The translations under genes were made by a program, and so were the position numbers. Of a stretch of 12,636 nucleotides of DNA, positions 1 through 6,945 are shown one piece after another; the first letter of the stretch is position 1; every line of letters starts with the position of its first letter. The notes under the pieces were generated by a model. The model worked only from the letters and a program-made list of their open reading frames with translations, was not told where the DNA came from and did no database searches. The stretch comes from Limisphaerales bacterium (GTDB lineage Bacteria > Verrucomicrobiota > Verrucomicrobiia > Limisphaerales > JAJOIW01): positions 66,411 through 79,046 of the forward strand of contig CBFHOE010000001.1 of NCBI GenBank assembly GCA_965657355.1, read 5' to 3'.

Positions 1-1
1 G

Positions 2-652
2 TTAGGTCAGTTCAAATATGGTTCCGCGACAGATTCATTTAAGCAAATATCTGCTGCCGGTCTGGGGAAGGAAGATTCTGCTCTTCGGGTCATTCGCGAT
101 CTAACAGTTATGGGATATCCGATCCTTGTTGTTAATTTGGTCGAAAAAATTCTAGAAGTTGAAAAATGGCGGGAAAACAAGGACATGCTTAGACTTTTAT
201 TCCAAGCGGGTTGGAATATAAGGGATCTCAAAGTTTGCTTAAGTTCCTCGTTTAGACTTTATCAACTCGACCCAACAAATATCACAGATGCTTTCAATTA
301 TGCTGGGTGTTTGATTGCTGAGAGACAAAGGCCTAAAGAAGCTCTCATAAGAACCCAGGATTTACTTTCGAAAACGTCGAATTCACTCCCAGCTCAAATT
401 AATCACGCCCTTGCTCTACTCATGAACAATGATTTGGTAGAAGCGGACAAAATTCTCAATATTCAAATTAATGAAACGACTTTGCCAGCCTCATTTAAGC
501 CTAGCTATTACGCAGCTTTATTTGAGTTAAATGTGAAATTGAAAAATTCTTCACAAGCGCGGCTCGCATTTTCAAAAATTGAAATGGATGATCTCTACAC
601 CGAGGAGAAATTGTGGCTCAACAATCAGTTCAAAAGACTCGGTGATCAGTAA
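2..652 (+). CDS. 5'-truncated alpha-helical repeat (TPR-like) protein, C-terminal part
   Basis: Frame 2 is open from base 2 (LGQFKYGSATDSFKQ...) through the ATG at 110 to TAA at 650-652, so the real start lies upstream of the window. It shows TPR-like helix-pair patterns: LYQLDPTNITDAFNYAGCLIAERQRPKEAL, AQINHALALLMNNDLVEADKIL, YYAALFELNVKLKNSSQARLAFSKI. Confidence 0.65.
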   Translation, partial: LGQFKYGSATDSFKQISAAGLGKEDSALRVIRDLTVMGYPILVVNLVEKILEVEKWRENKDMLRLLFQAGWNIRDLKVCLSSSFRLYQLDPTNITDAFNYAGCLIAERQRPKEALIRTQDLLSKTSNSLPAQINHALALLMNNDLVEADKILNIQINETTLPASFKPSYYAALFELNVKLKNSSQARLAFSKIEMDDLYTEEKLWLNNQFKRLGDQ

Positions 653-786
653 GTTCTGAACGTTTTGTGAGAAATAAAGACTGTCTTGCCAAGGGCTAGC
701 AATGTAATCTTAGATATTGTTAGGCAACTTCCAGTCTCAACCCATTTAAGCGAGTTCTGGATGGATATGATAGGGGATCGGTACCT

Positions 787-3700
787 ATGTCTCCAGCGAC
801 AGCATCTCACACAGCTCTTTTTATAGGCGAGGGGGACTTATTAGTCTCCTGTGTAGAACTTTATCAGGAATTAGGAGGTCGTCCGGTTTGTATTTTATCC
901 TCTGACATTACTACTAGGGAATGGGCAGAGAAAATGGGTATCAAATACCAAGAAAGTCTAGATGCTTTCCAAGATCCTAAGTGGATAGATGATATCGCCT
1001 TCGATTACCTTTTTTCGATCTCAAATGTAGATCCTATTCCGGCCAGATTTATCCAGCTAGCAAAAAGAGATTGTATCAATTTTTTTGAGGGGCCGCCCGA
1101 TCCATCCAGATCATCCAGAAGAATATTGAGCTGTGTTTCTGAATTCCCAATCAAATGGCATCGAATATCCATCGAGAAAGCTGAACCTCAGACTTTGATA
1201 TCAAATACCGTTTCAATTTCAGATGAAGAAACAACCGCTTCTCTCAATCAGAAGATTATCGAAACAGGGCTTGATGGTTTTGCAGAAACTATCCGTAATA
1301 TTGAGCGGGCAGGGGATTCGAAAGTAGAGAAATTCCGCGAGGACGATTTATCAAAGGTCTCAAGAAAAAGTGGGGAGTCTTTTTCATTTGGGCCTTACGT
1401 GTGGTTGGACTGGTCGATGTCAGCCGACCAGTTGTGTCGATATGTTAGGGCCTCCAAATGTACTGGGGTGACTAATTATTGTGGGTTGGTAAAATTCGAA
1501 GATAGAGGTCGACTTTATGTCATAAATGACTGTTCCGTTGTTCGTCGAGATATTGGAGACAAAACTAATGGAAATATTGGGGAGATTAAGGACGTCACCT
1601 CCCACTCAATTAAGGTAAAAACCGGGGATGGAGATTTAGAGATATTTGGCATAACAGATCTCGATGGGAAAACGGTCGACATGCCTGCTTTCTTCAATAC
1701 TGGTTATACTTTTGGCAAAGGTGCTGAGGAAGAATTTAGCAAACTTCAATACCATATTGCTGAAAAATGGGCCCAACAGGCGCGTTTGATTGAACCCGAA
1801 ATCGTCAACGAATTGAAGGCGATGAGGCCATTTGAAATACCTGTTCATTGGAAAAAAGGTATAGGCCTTTCATCAAATACATATGAAGAGACATTTCAAT
1901 TTAGTGAATCATTAGCATTTCCGGTCTGGTCTCCATCATTTGCTAATCGCTTCGAATCAGGTACCTGGCTCGCTGGGACTTTAGCGGACTTTATTCATCG
2001 TCTAACAGGCCAAGATCAATTAACTATTGCCGTCTCATCAAAGCCTTTTTTTCCGACCGAAAAAGCGTGGCTAGAATTGGTATGCCCATTTTTACCAGTT
2101 CATTGGCACGGAAAAGCTGATCAACCTATTCAAGATGGATGGTGGCAACACCGCGAGGCTATATTAAAATCAGCTCAACGTGGAATTTTTCTGAGAGATC
2201 TTTTTTCACGGTCTCCGGAACTAAATGGATCCGAATCCAAGGGGCTGTTGTCGCTTCTTATGAATTGTTATGTTGGTTCATTGGCCGACATAGAATCTCT
2301 CTCTTGCCAGCCTTTCATAGGAATTGAGCAATCGGCCTCAGGTAATTTTCGTTTTTTTGTCAATGCCGGTAAAACGTCTAAAATTCTTGCTGTTGCATTA
2401 ACCAAAGCTTTTCATGTTTTTTACAAAAGTATTTCCGAAAATCCAGGTTTGGAAATTCCGTTTGTTAATATTGGAACCCCTGGAGTCGTCAAAAGACTAG
2501 ATGCCGATTTCACTTTTGATAAACCAGACTCAGCCTCAGTTGTCGACTTCATAGAGAGTCAAAGTCAGCGGAATCCCGACTTGGTTGCTGTGCAGTTCGA
2601 TGCTTCGCAAATGACATATACTGAACTGTGGGAACACACTGGGCATTACGCCTCTCACCTTCAAAAAAATGGAATTAAATTAAACACATGTGTCGGTCTG
2701 TACACTAATAAATCGATCGAATACATTGTGGCCTTCATTGCCATTTTAAGGTCTGGCGCCTGTGTCGTCCCACTTCGGCGGTCATTACCTTCTGAGAGGT
2801 TAAAGTCAATGGTAGAAATAGCAGGTATCACCACTGTTTTAGCAAAAGAAAACGACCTGGACGACAAATCGGATTGGTTCAATGAGCTGCAGCTTTTGGA
2901 GGTTTCTTTAGATAAGGAATCTGACTTTGCCTTCCCCGAGCGGGTTACCATTGATCATGATTCCCTGGCATACGTCATTTTTACGAGTGGATCTACGGGA
3001 ATTCCCAAACCTGTCCAGGTTGGACATCGGGAACTTCTCCATCATATGCTGAGTTTCTCAAGAGCTCTTTCGATTGAAAGTAACGATACGGTGCTTCAAT
3101 TTGCCGGTCTTGCTTTTGATGTGAGCATTGAAGAGATTATCCCGACCTTAAGCATGGGGGCCACTTTGCTTGTAAGTGATGAAAGGAATTCTTCGGACTT
3201 AAACCTTTTCTGGCAAACCATTACAAAGCATCAGGTATCGATATTGAATTTGCCGACGGCTTTTTGGTATTCCCTCATAGCTGAAACGGCATTAAGTGAT
3301 ATCCCAAACTGCATTAAACATATTATTGTAGGTGGGGAAAAAGTCAGCTCATCTTATTTAGAACAATGGTTTGAGCTGTGTAAGCTTCCCATCACATTAT
3401 GGAACGGGTACGGGCCAACAGAAACAACAATTACAGCTACGTTAAATCCAATAAAGGAATTTAATAGTAAATATACAGAAGAGCAGGTTGTTCCATTGGG
3501 TTATGGTTTAGGCTGTTGTGACATATTTGTTTGCGATGCATTTCGGAAACCACTACCTGTCGACATTCCGGGAGAAATATTAATCACAGGCGAGGGTGTT
3601 AGCCGAGGTTATTTGAATCTCCCCGGTTTGAATAAAAAATCTTTTCTCCAATCCCCCATGGTTGTGACCTCAGTCGACTACGGACGCGCATATAAATCAG

Positions 3701-5244
3701 GAGACTTTGGGTATATATCAAAAGATCATTCACTTCACTTCTTTGGAAGAACCGATTCTCAAGTTAAGATACGAGGTTTCAGGCTTGAATTATCAGAGGT
3801 AGAAAAATTAATTGAAACCCACGTTGATGTTGAAAAGGCGATTGTCATCGATGTTGATTCTGTTCAGTCATCCTCCAAAGCTCTGGCAGCTTTTATAAAA
3901 TGGCGCAGAGGAAGTGCTTTGAGCCTTGCTGATTTACGAAAAGATATAAGCGCTTCAATGCCGGAGTATATGGTCCCAACTTTTTTTGAGCCAATCAGTA
4001 TTTGGCCAAGGACTCCGAATGGAAAAATTGATATTCATTCGCTGAAAGGGATGATAAAGGATTCTCGATCAGAATCGATAGAGGCTAACGATAATTTGTT
4101 GGTTAAGAGTCTTACGCGAAGTCAACACAAGCTCCTGCAAATATGGGACGATATTTTGGGGGGTAAACCGTATTCTTTGGAGGATAATTTCTTTCATTAC
4201 GGAGGAGATTCTTTGAATGCAATGAGATTCTTGGCGCGTGTTGGTAAGGAATTCTCATGTAATATTACCCTTTCTGAATTTTACGAAAAGCCTGATATCG
4301 AATCTTTGTCACTTGCCCTAGACAAACTTGAAAATTCCTCGTCGGAATGCGGTCAAAACGAAACCAATAGGCTATCCATATCCCTGAGTCAATCAGAGTC
4401 CAGTTACCCGGTCTTCATTCTCCCAGGCGGAGCCGGCGGGGATATTGAAATATTTATATACAAGGCTTTAGCAGAAACTCTGGGACAAGATTTGAATGTT
4501 TATACCTTCCAGCCTCTTAAACCTGGTATGGAAACATTCCCTTATAAAAGCGTTGAGGACCTTTCTGAAGATATTTTTAATGAGATGAGAGAAATACAAC
4601 CAACTGGTCCGTATTTTATAGTGGGAGATTGCATAGGGTCCGTTCTTTTATTTGAAATTGCATACAAACTTGAAAATATGAATGAAGAAGTCAAAAGCTT
4701 ATCTCTTTTAGATACTCAGCCCGGGTATCACGAAAGAGCTCTTAATACGAGCTTCAGTCAAAAATATCAGGAATTTGTGGTTAAGAATCCATGGTTTGGT
4801 AAGCTCTCACGAGGGACTGGTTATTTTCTCGGCTTATTTAATCGGGGACCATGGAACTGGGTAAACTATGTTAATGAACTCAAACAGGAGCGGAAGCGAC
4901 AAATTGAAATGTTTTCCCGGGCTCAAGAATCGAGTCAAATGCCCAAGTCAAAGCTCCCCGAGGCCCTTGGTACAACATATTTTGAGATGCTGTGCAAAAG
5001 CACACCAAAAAAAATCAGATCCGCATTAAATGACTTCCTACCAGATACTAAAAAAGAGTTGGAAATTTCAAAGACATGGCGTTCGGTAACTTCAGGTAAT
5101 TATTCTCAATCATTTTACAAAGAACCATCCGAAAACGATTTTCAGGGTAGGATTTTTGATTACCTTCGAGATCGTAAAAAAGAAGCTATGCCGGGATTGA
5201 GGAAACAACTCATCAAAGACGGGGTTTTTAAAACAAAAAATTAA
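787..5244 (+). CDS. Stand-alone single-module NRPS-like protein: degenerate formyltransferase-like domain, partial condensation-like region, adenylation domain, PCP, Cys-type thioesterase-like domain
   Basis: A-domain core motifs: A1 MTYTEL, A2 ILRSGACVVPL, A3 LAYVIFTSGSTGIPK, A4 FDVS, A5 NGYGPTE, A6 GEILITGEGVSRGYL, A7 YKSGD, A8 GRTDSQVKIRGFRLELSEVE, A9 MPEYMVP, A10 NGKID. PCP motif DNFFHYGGDSL (Ser1142, nt 4210-4212). TE elbow GPYFIVGDCIG. The N-terminus (FIGEGDLLVSC...FDYLFSISN...CINF...KWH...LDW) resembles NRPS formyltransferase domains. An SD-like GGGGA lies at 773-777. Confidence 0.93.
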   Translation: MSPATASHTALFIGEGDLLVSCVELYQELGGRPVCILSSDITTREWAEKMGIKYQESLDAFQDPKWIDDIAFDYLFSISNVDPIPARFIQLAKRDCINFFEGPPDPSRSSRRILSCVSEFPIKWHRISIEKAEPQTLISNTVSISDEETTASLNQKIIETGLDGFAETIRNIERAGDSKVEKFREDDLSKVSRKSGESFSFGPYVWLDWSMSADQLCRYVRASKCTGVTNYCGLVKFEDRGRLYVINDCSVVRRDIGDKTNGNIGEIKDVTSHSIKVKTGDGDLEIFGITDLDGKTVDMPAFFNTGYTFGKGAEEEFSKLQYHIAEKWAQQARLIEPEIVNELKAMRPFEIPVHWKKGIGLSSNTYEETFQFSESLAFPVWSPSFANRFESGTWLAGTLADFIHRLTGQDQLTIAVSSKPFFPTEKAWLELVCPFLPVHWHGKADQPIQDGWWQHREAILKSAQRGIFLRDLFSRSPELNGSESKGLLSLLMNCYVGSLADIESLSCQPFIGIEQSASGNFRFFVNAGKTSKILAVALTKAFHVFYKSISENPGLEIPFVNIGTPGVVKRLDADFTFDKPDSASVVDFIESQSQRNPDLVAVQFDASQMTYTELWEHTGHYASHLQKNGIKLNTCVGLYTNKSIEYIVAFIAILRSGACVVPLRRSLPSERLKSMVEIAGITTVLAKENDLDDKSDWFNELQLLEVSLDKESDFAFPERVTIDHDSLAYVIFTSGSTGIPKPVQVGHRELLHHMLSFSRALSIESNDTVLQFAGLAFDVSIEEIIPTLSMGATLLVSDERNSSDLNLFWQTITKHQVSILNLPTAFWYSLIAETALSDIPNCIKHIIVGGEKVSSSYLEQWFELCKLPITLWNGYGPTETTITATLNPIKEFNSKYTEEQVVPLGYGLGCCDIFVCDAFRKPLPVDIPGEILITGEGVSRGYLNLPGLNKKSFLQSPMVVTSVDYGRAYKSGDFGYISKDHSLHFFGRTDSQVKIRGFRLELSEVEKLIETHVDVEKAIVIDVDSVQSSSKALAAFIKWRRGSALSLADLRKDISASMPEYMVPTFFEPISIWPRTPNGKIDIHSLKGMIKDSRSESIEANDNLLVKSLTRSQHKLLQIWDDILGGKPYSLEDNFFHYGGDSLNAMRFLARVGKEFSCNITLSEFYEKPDIESLSLALDKLENSSSECGQNETNRLSISLSQSESSYPVFILPGGAGGDIEIFIYKALAETLGQDLNVYTFQPLKPGMETFPYKSVEDLSEDIFNEMREIQPTGPYFIVGDCIGSVLLFEIAYKLENMNEEVKSLSLLDTQPGYHERALNTSFSQKYQEFVVKNPWFGKLSRGTGYFLGLFNRGPWNWVNYVNELKQERKRQIEMFSRAQESSQMPKSKLPEALGTTYFEMLCKSTPKKIRSALNDFLPDTKKELEISKTWRSVTSGNYSQSFYKEPSENDFQGRIFDYLRDRKKEAMPGLRKQLIKDGVFKTKN

Positions 5245-5256
5245 AATATCCGACCG

Positions 5257-6867
5257 CTACTTCTCGCCTGCAAATGGCGGGTTTTCAAATGTTTTTCCAT
5301 CTTCTAAAATTCGAGGGTCCTTCATGGCCGTAAGGCTATTTATTAAAGTTTTATGGAGATTTGCCCTAATTGAGTCGAAGCGAGGGTTGGTGGCCAAATT
5401 AGTGATTTGGTGCGGGTCTGAATTTATTGAATAAAGTTCATACATTGGCACTTTTCCGAATCCGAGATCAAAATAAGGTCTTATATCAGGATTGAATCTG
5501 TTAGCAATCATCCACGCTTTTGTTGGGCTTGCATCAAGGTCTCCGTAGGCGACAAAAGTGTTATTTTCGAGGATGTTTTTAGGCGGGGTTGAAGCATCTG
5601 TTACTTTCCCCGGGTCTCCCATTGGGTACCTTTCAGGTTTGAAATTAATGATGTAAAGATAATCTTTGGTTCGAAGTGCTCTTTGTGGAAATGGAAGATT
5701 TCCTGCACGTGCTTTTGCTACGTGTCTTTCACGACCTGTAATGACCCAATCGCGTTCCTTATCGAACCATCCACTCTTATCTGATTTGAGAAGCGGAAGA
5801 AAACTTTTCCCCGTCATCACAGATGGGGGCTCGACCCCAGCGAATTCAAGAAAAGTCGGAGCCAAGTCCATTAAGTTGATGAAATCATCCATGACTCTAC
5901 CCTTGGCACCAAGACTTGGGCCACGTATTGCGAGTGGTACTGAAACACCAAAGTCATACAGATTACATTTTCCCCGTGGAAAGCCTGGGGCCCCATGGTC
6001 ACCGCTGACGACTATTAAAGTATTATCTAATTCACCCGCGCTTTTTAGCATTTCAATTAAAACACCAAGTGCTGCATCAAAGGCTTGAATTTCACCAAGA
6101 TAATCTGCGAAATCCTGCCTGATTTCATGGACATCTGGTAGAAACGATGGGAGTTTTCCTTTTAAATCATCAGGTTCTATTCCCCATAGTTTTTTTCCAG
6201 ACCCTTTAATCCATTTACGATGCACTAAAGTGGGGCCAAACCAATAACAGAATGGTTTATTCTTGTTCCTATTCTTGAGAAAAGAATTAAAATTGCCTCG
6301 TACCTCATCATAGAGCTCCTCTTTCGCCTCGGTCACGGACAGCCCTTGATTGGTCCTCCTCGTTACTGTTTGGGAAAATCCGTTGAACCTTCTTCCTGAG
6401 GATTCGTATGCATAATCACCAGCTCCATATGGAGCATCTACCGGGGATCCCGGAGTCCAAACTTTATATGTCTCACCAATATCAAAGCCCTTATTCTTTA
6501 AAATTAATGGAAATGCGGGAATTGAGTAATCCCAGACCGCCCCCTGGAGGATAGCCGCTTGTCCGGTCCTGAAGAAGTATTGCCCGGATAGAATAGATGT
6601 TCGACAAGGTGTGCAGGAAGGAGCTGTGACAAAAGCATTTTTAAAAAGAACTCCCTCCTGTGCAACCCAATCAAAATTGGGAGTATTTACTACTGAGTTA
6701 GGGGAAGGGTAGGGATCATGCTCTTCGTATGCACTTGCATACTTTCCCCAATCATCAGCAAATGCGAAGAGAATATTCCAATTCTTTTGATCTTTTGCGG
6801 AAATTTGGCAACAAAAGAATCCGCACAAAACGGCATAAAAGAGTAGGGTAAATTTGTTCCGGGACAT
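5257..6867 (-). CDS. Exported formylglycine-dependent (Cys-type, family S1) sulfatase, N-sulfoglucosamine sulfohydrolase/heparan N-sulfatase-like
   Basis: N-terminal signal peptide ([24 protein letters not shown]). NILFAFADD metal motif. [12 protein letters not shown] contains the CxPxR signature (Cys85, nt 6613-6615). Also VHR, SGDHG, GKCNLYD and ELY...DPHQITNLA. The HR and RGKCNLYD motifs fit the SGSH-like group; the substrate cannot be determined from the sequence. Confidence 0.93.
   Translation of the reverse strand: MSRNKFTLLFYAVLCGFFCCQISAKDQKNWNILFAFADDWGKYASAYEEHDPYPSPNSVVNTPNFDWVAQEGVLFKNAFVTAPSCTPCRTSILSGQYFFRTGQAAILQGAVWDYSIPAFPLILKNKGFDIGETYKVWTPGSPVDAPYGAGDYAYESSGRRFNGFSQTVTRRTNQGLSVTEAKEELYDEVRGNFNSFLKNRNKNKPFCYWFGPTLVHRKWIKGSGKKLWGIEPDDLKGKLPSFLPDVHEIRQDFADYLGEIQAFDAALGVLIEMLKSAGELDNTLIVVSGDHGAPGFPRGKCNLYDFGVSVPLAIRGPSLGAKGRVMDDFINLMDLAPTFLEFAGVEPPSVMTGKSFLPLLKSDKSGWFDKERDWVITGRERHVAKARAGNLPFPQRALRTKDYLYIINFKPERYPMGDPGKVTDASTPPKNILENNTFVAYGDLDASPTKAWMIANRFNPDIRPYFDLGFGKVPMYELYSINSDPHQITNLATNPRFDSIRANLHKTLINSLTAMKDPRILEDGKTFENPPFAGEK
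5263..5285 (+). terminator. Possible intrinsic terminator for the NRPS gene, embedded in the last codons of the convergent sulfatase
   Basis: CTCGCC-TGCAAAT-GGCGGG-TTTT forms a 6-bp stem (5 G-C plus 1 G-U) with a 7-nt loop, followed by TTTTCAAATGTTTTT. It starts 18 nt after the NRPS stop codon. Confidence 0.4.
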
Positions 6868-6873
6868 TTAGAA

Positions 6874-6902
6874 AAACTAGATTAAATTGGAAAATTCGGC
6901 AA
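6874..6902 (-). promoter_or_regulatory. Putative sigma70-type promoter for the sulfatase, positioned for leaderless transcription
   Basis: The minus strand reads TTGCCG (6902-6897) - 17 nt - TAGTTT (6879-6874). The -10 hexamer sits exactly at -12..-7 from the A of the ATG (6867). No SD sequence precedes the ATG. Confidence 0.5.
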
Positions 6903-6910
6903 CTGGGATT

Positions 6911-6944
6911 CTCAATCATCTCATTTTCGCTCAATCACATCATT
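6911..6944. repeat. 15-bp imperfect direct repeat (19-bp period) in the sulfatase/peptidase intergenic gap
   Basis: CTCAATCATCTCATT (6911-6925) and CTCAATCACATCATT (6930-6944) are 13/15 identical. Confidence 0.75.
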
Positions 6945-6945
6945 G

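Noticed and set aside
110..652. ATG at 110 as the start of a 180-aa protein
   Set aside because: The frame is open back to the window edge, so this is most likely an internal Met of a longer gene.
679..692. GACTGTCTTGCCAA upstream of the NRPS resembles GACTGTATCTTGCCAA (minus strand, 8189-8174) upstream of the peptidase
   Set aside because: The match needs a 2-nt gap, its core is just a TTGCCA -35-like hexamer, and neither copy has a well-spaced -10; too weak to call a shared regulator site.
1100..1122. Short tandem ATCCAGATC/ATCCAGAAG in the formyltransferase-like region
   Set aside because: Only two 7-9-bp units encoding SRSSRR; too short to call a repeat element, though it falls where the canonical motif is lost.
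5666..6088. 140-aa plus-strand ORF
   Set aside because: Lies entirely antisense to the well-supported sulfatase, starts with TTG and has no recognisable motifs; a shadow ORF.
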